A stretch of 64,000 nt of DNA from Auanema rhodensis (Eukaryota > Animalia > Nematoda): positions 124,001-188,000 of the forward strand of contig CAXKVF010000075.1 of assembly GCA_964057225.1 (NCBI GenBank). Reading direction: 5' to 3'. This document shows positions 9,181-24,100 of this stretch, one piece after another. Both the position numbers and the translations under genes were made by a program. Position 1 is the stretch's first letter, and each line of letters starts with the position of its first letter. Below the pieces are notes generated by a model that made no database searches, was not told where the DNA came from, and saw only the letters and a list, made by a program, of their open reading frames with translations.

Positions 9181-9186
9181 GTGTAC
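9179..9186 (+). repeat. Right target-site duplication ACGTGTAC (first AC shared with the tail)
   Basis: ...aaacaa-ACGTGTAC-atttaattagc, identical to 5395-5402. Confidence 0.92.
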
Positions 9187-12100
9187 ATTTAATTAGCATA
9201 AATTAAAGTTCACGTAAATTTCAAAGTCATGGTTACCATGCACCAATATCAATAAAAATTTGTTTTTAGACTAATATGGACATGGGGAATCTAATTTTGA
9301 AAACCGCATCTCTTTATCTTTCACGTGAAGCGAGTTACATACCAAGTGCACATCACGTGTACATTTAATTAGCATAAATTAAAGTTCACGTAAATTTCAC
9401 AGTCATGGTTACCATGAACCAATATCAATAAAAATTTGTTTTTAGACTAATATGGACATGGGGAATCTAATTTTGAAAACCGCATCTCTTTATCTTTCAC
9501 GTGAAGCGAGTTACATACCAAGTGCACATCACGTATACATTTAATTAGCATAAATTAAAGTTCACGTAAATTTCAAAGTCATGGTTACCATGAACCAATA
9601 TCAATAAAAATTAGTTTTTAGACTAATATGGACATGGGGAATCTAATTTTGAAAACCGCATCTCTTTATCTTTCACGTGAAGCGAGTTACATACCAAGTG
9701 CACATCACGTGTACATTTAATTAGCATAAATTAAAGTTCACGTAAATTTCAAAGTCATGGTTACCATGCACCAATATCAATAAAAATTTGTTTTTAGACT
9801 AATATGGACATGGGGAATCTAATTTTGAAAACCGCATCTCTTTATCTTTCACGTGAAGCGAGTTACATACCAAGTGCACATCACGTGTACATTTAATTAG
9901 CATAAATTAAAGTTCACGTAAATTTCAAAGTCATGGTTACCATGCACCAATATCAATAAAAATTTGTTTTTAGACTAATATGGACATGGGGAATCTAATT
10001 TTGAAAACCGCATCTCTTCATCTTTCACGTGAAGCGAGTTACATACCAAGTGCACATCACGTGTACATTTAATTAGCATAAATTAAAGTTCACGTAAATT
10101 TCAAAGTCATGGTTACCATGCACCAATATCAATAAAAATTTGTTTTTAGACTAATATGGACATGGGGAATCTAATTTTGAAAACCGCATCTCTTTATCTT
10201 TCACGTGAAGCGAGTTACATACCAAGTGCACATCACGTGTACATTTAATTAGCATAAATTAAAGTTCACGTAAATTTCAAAGTCATGGTTACCATGAACC
10301 AATATCAATAAAAATTTGTTTTTAGACTAATATGGACATGGGGAATCTAATTTTGAAAACCGCATCTCTTTATCTTTCACGTGAAGCGAGTTACATACCA
10401 AGTGCACATCACGTGTACATTTAATTAGCATAAATTAAAGTTCACGTAAATTTCAAAGTCATGCTTACCATGAACCAATATCAATAAAAATTTGTTTTTA
10501 GACTAATATGGACATGGGGAATCTAATTTTGAAAACCGCATCTCTTCATCTTTCACGTGAAGCGAGTTACATACCAAGTGCACATCACGTGTACATTTAA
10601 TTAGCATAAATTAAAGTTCACGTAAATTTCAAAGTCATGGTTACCATGAACCAATATCAATAAAAATTTGTTTTTAGACTAATATGGACATGGGGAATCT
10701 AATTTTGAAAACCGCATCTCTTCATCTTTCACGTGAAGCGAGTTACATACCAAGTGCACATCACGTGTACATTTAATTAGCATAAATTAAAGTTCACGTA
10801 AATTTCACAGTCATGGTTACCATGAACCAATATCAATAAAAATTTGTTTTTAGACTAATATGGACATGGGGAATCTAATTTTGAAAACCGCATCTCTTTA
10901 TCTTTCACGTGAAGCGAGTTACATACCAAGTGCACATCACGTATACATTTAATTAGCATAAATTAAAGTTCACGTAAATTTCAAAGTCATGGTTACCATG
11001 AACCAATAGCAATAAAAATTAGTTTTTAGACTAATATGGACATGGGGAATCTAATTTTGAAAACCGCATCTCTTTATCTTTCACGTGAAGCGAGTTACAT
11101 ACCAAGTGCACATCACGTGTACATTTAATTAGCATAAATTAAAGTTCACGTAAATTTCAAAGTCATGGTTACCATGCACCAATATCAATAAAAATTTGTT
11201 TTTAGACTAATATGGACATGGGGAATCTAATTTTGAAAACCGCATCTCTTTATCTTTCACGTGAAGCGAGTTACATACCAAGTGCACATCACGTGTACAT
11301 TTAATTAGCATAAATTAAAGTTCACGTAAATTTCAAAGTCATGGTTACCATGCACCAATATCAATAAAAATTTGTTTTTAGACTAATATGGACATGGGGA
11401 ATCTAATTTTGAAAACCGCATCTCTTCATCTTTCACGTGAAGCGAGTTACATACCAAGTGCACATCACGTGTACATTTAATTAGCATAAATTAAAGTTCA
11501 CGTAAATTTCAAAGTCATGGTTACCATGCACCAATATCAATAAAAATTTGTTTTTAGACTAATATGGACGTGGGGAATCTAATTTTGAAAACCGCATCTC
11601 TTCATCTTTCACGTGAAGCGAGTTACATACCAAGTGCACATCACGTGTACATTTAATTAGCATAAATTAAAGTTCACGTAAATTTCAAAGTCATGGTTAC
11701 CATGAACCAATATCAATAAAAATTAGTTTTTAGACTAATATGGACATGGGGAATCTAATTTTGAAAACCGCATCTCTTTATCTTTCACGTGAAGCGAGTT
11801 ACATACCAAGTGCACATCACGTGTACATTTAATTAGCATAAATTAAAGTTCACGTAAATTTCAAAGTCATGGTTACCATGCACCAATATCAATAAAAATT
11901 TGTTTTTAGACTAATATGGACATGGGGAATCTAATTTTGAAAACCGCATCTCTTTATCTTTCACGTGAAGCGAGTTACATACCAAGTGCACATCACGTGT
12001 ACATTTAATTAGCATAAATTAAAGTTCACGTAAATTTCAAAGTCATGGTTACCATGCACCAATATCAATAAAAATTTGTTTTTAGACTAATATGGACATG

Positions 12101-15100
12101 GGGAATCTAATTTTGAAAACCGCATCTCTTCATCTTTCACGTGAAGCGAGTTACATACCAAGTGCACATCACGTGTACATTTAATTAGCATAAATTAAAG
12201 TTCACGTAAATTTCAAAGTCATGGTTACCATGAACCAATATCAATAAAAATTTGTTTTTAGACTAATATGGACATGGGGAATCTAATTTTGAAAACCGCA
12301 TCTCTTTATCTTTCACGTGAAGCGAGTTACATACCAAGTGCACATCACGTGTACATTTAATTAGCATAAATTAAAGTTCACGTAAATTTCAAAGTCATGG
12401 TTACCATGAACCAATATCAATAAAAATTTGTTTTTAGACTAATATGGACATGGGGAATCTAATTTTGAAAACCGCATCTCTTTATCTTTCACGTGAAGCG
12501 AGTTACATACCAAGTGCACATCACGTGTACATTTAATTAGCATAAATTAAAGTTCACGTAAATTTCAAAGTCATGGTTACCATGAACCAATATCAATAAA
12601 AATTTGTTTTTAGACTAATATGGACATGGGGAATCTAATTTTGAAAACCGCATCTCTTTATCTTTCACGTGAAGCGAGTTACATACCAAGTGCACATCAC
12701 GTGTACATTTAATTAGCATAAATTAAAGTTCACGTAAATTTCAAAGTCATGGTTACCATGCACCAATATCAATAAAAATTTGTTTTTAGACTAATATGGA
12801 CATGGGGAATCTAATTTTGAAAACCGCATCTCTTCATCTTTCACGTGAAGCGAGTTACATACCAAGTGCACATCACGTGTACATTTAATTAGCATAAATT
12901 AAAGTTCACGTAAATTTCAAAGTCATGGTTACCATGCACCAATATCAATAAAAATTTGTTTTTAGACTAATATGGACGTGGGGAATCTAATTTTGAAAAC
13001 CGCATCTCTTCATCTTTCACGTGAAGCGAGTTACATACCAAGTGCACATCACGTGTACATTTAATTAGCATAAATTAAAGTTCACGTAAATTTCAAAGTC
13101 ATGGTTACCATGAACCAATATCAATAAAAATTAGTTTTTAGACTAATATGGACATGGGGAATCTAATTTTGAAAACCGCATCTCTTTATCTTTCACGTGA
13201 AGCGAGTTACATACCAAGTGCACATCACGTGTACATTTAATTAGCATAAATTAAAGTTCACGTAAATTTCAAAGTCATGGTTACCATGCACCAATATCAA
13301 TAAAAATTTGTTTTTAGACTAATATGGACATGGGGAATCTAATTTTGAAAACCGCATCTCTTTATCTTTCACGTGAAGCGAGTTACATACCAAGTGCACA
13401 TCACGTGTACATTTAATTAGCATAAATTAAAGTTCACGTAAATTTCAAAGTCATGGTTACCATGCACCAATATCAATAAAAATTTGTTTTTAGACTAATA
13501 TGGACATGGGGAATCTAATTTTGAAAACCGCATCTCTTCATCTTTCACGTGAAGCGAGTTACATACCAAGTGCACATCACGTGTACATTTAATTAGCATA
13601 AATTAAAGTTCACGTAAATTTCAAAGTCATGGTTACCATGAACCAATATCAATAAAAATTTGTTTTTAGACTAATATGGACATGGGGAATCTAATTTTGA
13701 AAACCGCATCTCTTTATCTTTCACGTGAAGCGAGTTACATACCAAGTGCACATCACGTGTACATTTAATTAGCATAAATTAAAGTTCACGTAAATTTCAA
13801 AGTCATGGTTACCATGAACCAATATCAATAAAAATTTGTTTTTAGACTAATATGGACATGGGGAATCTAATTTTGAAAACCGCATCTCTTTATCTTTCAC
13901 GTGAAGCGAGTTACATACCAAGTGCACATCACGTGTACATTTAATTAGCATAAATTAAAGTTCACGTAAATTTCAAAGTCATGGTTACCATGAACCAATA
14001 TCAATAAAAATTTGTTTTTAGACTAATATGGACATGGGGAATCTAATTTTGAAAACCGCATCTCTTTATCTTTCACGTGAAGCGAGTTACATACCAAGTG
14101 CACATCACGTGTACATTTAATTAGCATAAATTAAAGTTCACGTAAATTTCAAAGTCATGGTTACCATGCACCAATATCAATAAAAATTTGTTTTTAGACT
14201 AATATGGACATGGGGAATCTAATTTTGAAAACCGCATCTCTTCATCTTTCACGTGAAGCGAGTTACATACCAAGTGCACATCACGTGTACATTTAATTAG
14301 CATAAATTAAAGTTCACGTAAATTTCAAAGTCATGGTTACCATGAACCAATATCAATAAAAATTTGTTTTTAGACTAATATGGACATGGGGAATCTAATT
14401 TTGAAAACCGCATCTCTTTATCTTTCACGTGAAGCGAGTTACATACCAAGTGCACATCACGTGTACATTTAATTAGCATAAATTAAAGTTCACGTAAATT
14501 TCAAAGTCATGGTTACCATGAACCAATATCAATAAAAATTTGTTTTTAGACTAATATGGACATGGGGAATCTAATTTTGAAAACCGCATCTCTTTATCTT
14601 TCACGTGAAGCGAGTTACATACCAAGTGCACATCACGTGTACATTTAATTAGCATAAATTAAAGTTCACGTAAATTTCAAAGTCATGGTTACCATGAACC
14701 AATATCAATAAAAATTTGTTTTTAGACTAATATGGACATGGGGAATCTAATTTTGAAAACCGCATCTCTTTATCTTTCACGTGAAGCGAGTTACATACCA
14801 AGTGCACATCACGTGTACATTTAATTAGCATAAATTAAAGTTCACGTAAATTTCAAAGTCATGGTTACCATGCACCAATATCAATAAAAATTTGTTTTTA
14901 GACTAATATGGACATGGGGAATCTAATTTTGAAAACCGCATCTCTTTATCTTTCACGTGAAGCAAGTTACATACCAAGTGCACATCACGTGTACATTTAA
15001 TTAGCATAAATTAAAGTTCACGTAAATTTCAAAGTCATGGTTACCATGCACCAATATCAATAAAAATTTGTTTTTAGACTAATATGGACATGGGGAATCT

Positions 15101-18100
15101 AATTTTGAAAACCGCATCTCTTTATCTTTCACGTGAAGCGAGTTACATACCAAGTGCACATCACGTGTACATTTAATTAGCATAAATTAAAGTTCACGTA
15201 AATTTCAAAGTCATGGTTACCATGAACCAATATCAATAAAAATTTGTTTTTAGACTAATATGGACATGGGGAATCTAATTTTGAAAACCGCATCTCTTTA
15301 TCTTTCACGTGAAGCGAGTTACATAGCAAGTGCACATCACGTGTACATTTAATTAGCATAAATTAAAGTTCACGTAAATTTCAAAGTCATGGTTACCATG
15401 AACCAATATCAATAAAAATTTGTTTTTAGACTAATATGGACATGGGGAATCTAATTTTGAAAACCGCATCTCTTTATCTTTCACGTGAAGCGAGTTACAT
15501 ACCAAGTGCACATCACGTGTACATTTAATTAGCATAAATTAAAGTTCACGTAAATTTCAAAGTCATGGTTACCATGAACCAATATCAATAAAAATTTGTT
15601 TTTAGACTAATATGGACATGGGGAATCTAATTTTGAAAACCGCATCTCTTCATCTTTCACGTGAAGCGAGTTACATACCAAGTGCACATCACGTGTACAT
15701 TTAATTAGCATAAATTAAAGTTCACGTAAATTTCAAAGTCATGGTTACCATGCACCAATATCAATAAAAATTTGTTTTTAGACTAATATGGACATGGGGA
15801 ATCTAATTTTGAAAACCGCATCTTTTTATCTTTCACGTGAAGCGAGTTACATACCAAGTGCACATCACGTGTACATTTAATTAGCATAAATTAAAGTTCA
15901 CGTAAATTTCAAAGTCATGGTTACCATGCACTAATATCAATAAAAATTTGTTTTTTAACTAATATGGACATGGGGAATCTAATTTTGAAAACCGCATCTC
16001 TTTATCTTTCACGTGAAGCGAGTTACATACCAAGTGCACATCACGTGTACATTTAATTAGCATAAATTAAAGTTCACGTAAATTTCAAAGTCATGGTTAC
16101 CATGCACCAATATCAATAAAAATTTGTTTTTAGACTAATATGGACATGGGGAATCTAATTTTGAAAACCGCATCTCTTTATCTTTCACGTGAAGCGAGTT
16201 ACATACCAAGTGCACATCACGTGTACATTTAATTAGCATAAATTAAAGTTCACGTAAATTTCAAAGTCATGGTTACCATGAACCAATATCAATAAAAATT
16301 TGTTTTTAGACTAATATGGACATGGGGAATCTAATTTTGAAAACCGCATCTCTTTATCTTTCACGTGAAGCGAGTTACATACCAAGTGCACATCACGTGT
16401 ACATTTAATTAGCATAAATTAAAGTTCACGTAAATTTCAAAGTCATGGTTACCATGCACCAATATCAATAAAAATTTGTTTTTAGACTAATATGGACATG
16501 GGGAATCTAATTTTGAAAACCGCATCTCTTTATCTTTCACGTGAAGCGAGTTACATACCAAGTGCACATCACGTGTACATTTAATTAGCATAAATTAAAG
16601 TTCACGTAAATTTCAAAGTCATGGTTACCATGCACCAATATCAATAAAAATTTGTTTTTAGACTAATATGGACATGGGGAATCTAATTTTGAAAACCGCA
16701 TCTCTTCATCTTTCACGTGAAGCGAGTTACATACCAAGTGCACATCACGTGTACATTTAATTAGCATAAATTAAAGTTCACGTAAATTTCAAAGTCATGG
16801 TTACCATGCACCAATATCAATAAAAATTTGTTTTTAGACTAATATGGACATGGGGAATCTAATTTTGAAAACCGCATCTCTTTATCTTTCACGTGAAGCG
16901 AGTTACATACCAAGTGCACATCACGTGTACATTTAATTAGCATAAATTAAAGTTCACGTAAATTTCAAAGTCATGGTTACCATGAACCAATATCAATAAA
17001 AATTTGTTTTTAGACTAATATGGACATGGGGAATCTAATTTTGAAAACCGCATTTCTTTATCTTTCACGTGAAGCGAGTTACATACCAAGTGCACATCAC
17101 GTGTACATTTAATTAGCATAAATTAAAGTTCACGTAAAATTCAAAGTCATGGTTACCATGAACCAATATCAATAAAAATTTGTTTTTAGACTAATATGGA
17201 CATGGGGAATCTAATTTTGAAAACCGCATCTCTTTATCTTTCACGTGAAGCGAGTTACATACCAAGTGCACATCACGTGTACATTTAATTAGCATAAATT
17301 AAAGTTCACGTAAAATTCAAAGTCATGGTTACCATGAACCAATATCAATAAAAATTTGTTTTTAGACTAATATGGACATGAGGAATCTAATTTTGAAAAC
17401 CGCATCTCTTTATCTTTCACGTGAAGCGAGTTACATACCAAGTGCACATCACGTGTACATTTAATTAGCATTAATTAAAGTTCACGTAAATTTCAAAGTC
17501 ATGGTTACCATGAAGCAATATCAATAAAAATTTGTTTTTAGACTAATATGGACATGAGGAATCTAATTTTGAAAACCGCATCTCTTTATCTTTCACGTGA
17601 AGCGAGTTACATACCAAGTGCACATCACGTGTACATTTAATTAGCATTAATTAAAGTTCACGTAAATTTCAAAGTCATGGTTACCATGAACCAATATCAA
17701 TAAAAATTTGTTTTTAGACTAATATGGACATGGGGAATCTAATTTTGAAAACCGCATCTCTTTATCTTTCACGTGAAGCGAGTTACATACCAAGTGCACA
17801 TCACGTGTACATTTAATTAGCATAAATTAAAGTTCACGTAAATTTCAAAGTCATGGTTACCATGAAGCAATATCAATAAAAGTTTGTTTTTAGACTAATA
17901 TGGACATGGGGAATCTAATTTTGAAAACCGCATCTCTTTATCTTTCACGTGAAGCGAGTTACATACCAAGTGCACATCACGTGTACATTTAATTAGCATT
18001 AATTAAAGTTCACGTAAATTTCAAAGTCATGGTTACCATGAACCAATATCAATAAAAATTTGTTTTTAGACTAATATGGACATGGGGAATCTAATTTTGA

Positions 18101-21100
18101 AAACCGCATCTTTTTATCTTTCACGTGAAGCGAGTTACATACCAAGTGCACATCACGTGTACATTTAATTAGCATAAATTAAAGTTCACGTAAATTTCAA
18201 AGTCATGGTTACCATGCACTAATATCAATAAAAATTTGTTTTTTAACTAATATGGACATGGGGAATCTAATTTTGAAAACCGCATTTCTTTATCTTTCAC
18301 GTGAAGCGAGTTACATACCAAGTGCACATCACGTGTACATTTAATTAGCATAAATTAAAGTTCACGTAAATTTCAAAGTCATGGTTACCATGCACCAATA
18401 TCAATAAAAATTTGTTTTTAGACTAATATGGACATGGGGAATCTAATTTTGAAAACCGCATCTCTTTATCTTTCACGTGAAGCGAGTTACATACCAAGTG
18501 CACATCACGTGTACATTTAATTAGCATAAATTAAAGTTCACGTAAATTTCAAAGTCATGGTTACCATGAACCAATATCAATAAAAATTTGTTTTTAGACT
18601 AATATGGACATGGGGAATCTAATTTTGAAAACCGCATCTCTTTATCTTTCACGTGAAGCGAGTTACATACCAAGTGCACATCACGTGTACATTTAATTAG
18701 CATAAATTAAAGTTCACGTAAATTTCAAAGTCATGGTTACCATGCACCAATATCAATAAAAATTTGTTTTTAGACTAATATGGACATGGGGAATCTAATT
18801 TTGAAAACCGCATCTCTTTATCTTTCACGTGAAGCGAGTTACATACCAAGTGCACATCACGTGTACATTTAATTAGCATAAATTAAAGTTCACGTAAATT
18901 TCAAAGTCATGGTTACCATGCACCAATATCAATAAAAATTTGTTTTTAGACTAATATGGACATGGGGAATCTAATTTTGAAAACCGCATCTCTTCATCTT
19001 TCACGTGAAGCGAGTTACATACCAAGTGCACATCACGTGTACATTTAATTAGCATAAATTAAAGTTCACGTAAATTTCAAAGTCATGGTTACCATGAACC
19101 AATATCAATAAAAATTTGTTTTTGACTAATATGGACATGGGTAATCTAATTTTGAAAACCGCATCTCTTTATCTTTCACGTGAAGCGAGTTACATACCAA
19201 GTGCACATCACGTGTACATTTAATTAGCATAAATTAAAGTTCACGTAAATTTCAAAGTCATGGTTACCATGAACCAATATCAATAAAAATTTGTTTTTAG
19301 ACTAATATGGACATGGGGAATCTAATTTTGAAAACCGCATTTCTTTATCTTTCACGTGAAGCGAGTTACATACCAAGTGCACATCACGTGTACATTTAAT
19401 TAGCATAAATTAAAGTTCACGTAAAATTCAAAGTCATGGTTACCATGAACCAATATCAATAAAAATTTGTTTTTAGACTAATATGGACATGGGGAATCTA
19501 ATTTTGAAAACCGCATCTCTTTATCTTTCACGTGAAGCGAGTTACATACCAAGTGCACATCACGTGTACATTTAATTAGCATAAATTAAAGTTCACGTAA
19601 AATTCAAAGTCATGGTTACCATGAACCAATATCAATAAAAATTTGTTTTTAGACTAATATGGACATGAGGAATCTAATTTTGAAAACCGCATCTCTTTAT
19701 CTTTCACGTGAAGCGAGTTACATACCAAGTGCACATCACGTGTACATTTAATTAGCATTAATTAAAGTTCACGTAAATTTCAAAGTCATGGTTACCATGA
19801 AGCAATATCAATAAAAATTTGTTTTTAGACTAATATGGACATGAGGAATCTAATTTTGAAAACCGCATCTCTTTATCTTTCACGTGAAGCGAGTTACATA
19901 CCAAGTGCACATCACGTGTACATTTAATTAGCATTAATTAAAGTTCACGTAAATTTCAAAGTCATGGTTACCATGAACCAATATCAATAAAAATTTGTTT
20001 TTAGACTAATATGGACATGGGGAATCTAATTTTGAAAACCGCATCTCTTTATCTTTCACGTGAAGCGAGTTACATACCAAGTGCACATCACGTGTACATT
20101 TAATTAGCATAAATTAAAGTTCACGTAAATTTCAAAGTCATGGTTACCATGAAGCAATATCAATAAAAGTTTGTTTTTAGACTAATATGGACATGGGGAA
20201 TCTAATTTTGAAAACCGCATCTCTTTATCTTTCACGTGAAGCGAGTTACATACCAAGTGCACATCACGTGTACATTTAATTAGCATTAATTAAAGTTCAC
20301 GTAAATTTCAAAGTCATGGTTACCATGAACCAATATCAATAAAAATTTGTTTTTAGACTAATATGGACATGGGGAATCTAATTTTGAAAACCGCATCTCT
20401 TTATCTTTCACGTGAAGCGAGTTACATACCAAGTGCACATCACGTGTACATTTAATTAGCATTAATTAAAGTTCACGTAAATTTCAAAGTCATGGTTACC
20501 ATGAACCAATATCAATAAAAATTTGTTTTTGACTAATATGGACATGGGTAATCTAATTTTGAAAACCGCATCTCTTTATCTTTCACGTGAAGCGAGTTAC
20601 ATACCAAGTGCACATCACGTGTACATTTAATTAGCATAAATTAAAGTTCACGTAAATTTCAAAGTCATGGTTACCATGAAGCAATATCAATAAAAATTTG
20701 TTTTTAGACTAATATGGACATGGGGAATCTAATTTTGAAAACCGCATCTCTTTATCTTTCACGTGAAGCGAGTTACATACCAAGTGCACATCACGTGTAC
20801 ATTTAATTAGCATAAATTAAAGTGCACGTAAATTTCAAAGTCATGGTTACCATGAACCAATATCAATAAAAATTTGTTTTTAGACTAATATGGACATGGG
20901 GAATCTAATTTTGAAAACCGCATCTCTTTATCTTTCACGTGAAGCGAGTTACATACCAAGTGCACATCACGTGTACATTTAATTAGCATTAATTAAAGTT
21001 CACGTAAATTTCAAAGTCATGGTTACCATGAACCAATATCAATAAAAATTTGTTTTTAGACTAATATGGACATGGGGAATCTAATGTTGAAAACCGCATC

Positions 21101-24100
21101 TCTTTATCTTTCACGTGAAGCGAGTTACATACCAAGTGCACATCACGTGTACATTTAATTAGCATAAATTAAAGTTCACGTAAATTTCAAAGTCATGGTT
21201 ACCATGAAGCAATATCAATAAAAGTTTGTTTTTAGACTAATATGGACATGGGGAATCTAATTTTGAAAACCGCATCTCTTTATCTTTCACGTGAAGCGAG
21301 TTACATACCAAGTGCACATCACGTGTACATTTAATTAGCATTAATTAAAGTTCACGTAAATTTCAAAGTCATGGTTACCATGAACCAATATCAATAAAAA
21401 TTTGTTTTTAGACTAATATGGACATGGGGAATCTAATTTTGAAAACCGCATCTCTTTATCTTTCACGTGAAGCGAGTTACATACCAAGTGCACATCACGT
21501 GTACATTTAATTAGCATTAATTAAAGTTCACGTAAATTTCAAAGTCATGGTTACCATGAACCAATATCAATAAAAATTTGTTTTTGACTAATATGGACAT
21601 GGGGAATCTAATTTTGAAAACCGCATCTCTTTATCTTTCACGTGAAGCGAGTTACATACCAAGTGCACATCACGTGTACATTTAATTAGCATAAATTAAA
21701 GTTCACGTAAATTTCAAAGTCATGGTTACCATGAACTAATATCAATAAAAATTTGTTTTTAGACTAATATGGACATGGGGAATCTAATTTTGAAAACCGC
21801 ATCTCTTTATCTTTCACGTGAAGCGAGTTACATACCAAGTGCACATCACGTGTACATTTAATTAGCATAAATTAAAGTTCACGTAAATTTCAAAGTCATG
21901 GTTACCATGAACCAATATCAATAAAAATTTGTTTTTAGACTAATATGGACATGGGGAATCTAATTTTGAAAACCGCATCTCTTTATCTTTTACGTGAAGC
22001 GAGTTACATACCAAGTGCACATCACGTGTACATTTAATTAGCATTAATTAAAGTTCACGTAAATTTCAAAGTCATGGTTACCATGAACCAATATCAATAA
22101 AAATTTGTTTTTGACTAATATGGACATGGGGAATCTAATTTTGAAAACCGCATCTCTTTATCTTTCACGTGAAGCGAGTTACATACCAAGTGCACATCAC
22201 GTGTACATTTAATTAGCATAAATTAAAGTTCACGTAAATTTCAAAGTCATGGTTACCATGAACTAATATCAATAAAAATTTGTTTTTAGACTAATATGGA
22301 CATGGGGAATCTAATTTTGAAAACCGCATCTCTTTATCTTTCACGTGAAGCGAGTTACATACCAAGTGCACATCACGTGTACATTTAATTAGCATAAATT
22401 AAAGTTCACGTAAATTTCAAAGTCATGGTTACCATGAACCAATATCAATAAAAATTTGTTTTTAGACTAATATGGACATGGGGAATCTAATTTTGAAAAC
22501 CGCATCTCTTTATCTTTCACGTGAAGCGAGTTACATACCAAGTGCACATCACGTGTACATTTAATTAGCATAAATTAAAGTTCACGGAAATTTCAAAGTC
22601 ATGGTTACCATGAACCAATATCAATAAAAATTTGTTTTTAGACTAATATGGACATGGGGAATCTAATTTTGAAAACCGCATCTCTTTATCTTTCACGTGA
22701 AGCGAGTTACATACCAAGTGCACATCACGTGTACATTTAATTAGCATAAATTAAAGTTCACGTAAATTTCAAAGTCATGGTTACCATGAACCAATATCAA
22801 TAAAAATTTGTTTTTAGACTAATATGGACATGGGGAATCTAATTTTGAAAACCGCATCTCTTTATCTTTCACGTGAAGCGAGTTACATACCAAGTGCACA
22901 TCACGTGTACATTTAATTAGCATAAATTAAAGTTCACGTAAATTTCAAAGTCATGGTTACCATGAACCAATATCAATAAAAATTTGTTTTTAGACTAATA
23001 TGGACATGGGGAATCTAATTTTGAAAACCGCATCTCTTTATCTTTCACGTGAAGCGAGTTACATACCAAGTGCACATCACGTGTACATTTAATTAGCATA
23101 AATTAAAGTTCACGTAAATTTCAAAGTCATGGTTACCATGCACCAATATCAATAAAAATTTGTTTTTAGACTAATATGGACATGGGGAATCTAATTTTGA
23201 AAACCGCATCTCTTTATCTTTCACGTGAAGCGAGTTACATACCAAGTGCACATCACGTGTACATTTAATTAGCATAAATTAAAGTTCACGTAAATTTCAA
23301 AGTCATGGTTACCATGAACCAATATCAATAAAAATTTGTTTTTAGACTAATATCGACATGGGGAATCTAATTTTGAAAACCGCATCTCTTCATCTTTCAC
23401 GTGAAGCGAGTTACATACCAAGTACACATCACGTGTACATTTAATTAGCATAAATTAAAGTTCACGTAAATTTCAAAGTCATGGTTACCATGCACAAATA
23501 TCAAAAAAATTTGTTTTTAGACTAATATGGACATGGGGAATCTAATTTTGAAAACCGCATCTCTTTATCTTTCACGTGAAGCGAGTTACATACCAAGTGC
23601 ACATCACGTGTACATTTAATTAGCATAAATTAAAGTTCACGTAAATTTCAAAGTCATGGTTACCATGCACCAATATCAATAAAAATTTGTTTTTAGACTA
23701 ATATGGACATGGGGAATCTAATTTTGAAAACCGCATCTCTTTATCTTTCACGTGGAGCGAGTTACATACCAAGTGCACATCACGTGTACATTTAATTAGC
23801 ATAAATTAAAGTTCACGTAAATTTCAAAGTCATGGTTACCATGAAGCAATATCAATAAAAATTTGTTTTTAGACTAATATGGACATGGGGAATCTAATTT
23901 TGAAAACCGCATCTCTTTATCTTTCACGTGAAGCGAGTTACATACCAAGTGCACATCACGTGTACATTTAATTAGCATAAATTAAAGTTCACGTAAATTT
24001 CAAAGTCATGGTTACCATGAAGCAATATCAATAAAAATTTGTTTTTAGACTAATATGGACATGGGGAATCTAATTTTGAAAACCGCATCTCTTTATCTTT

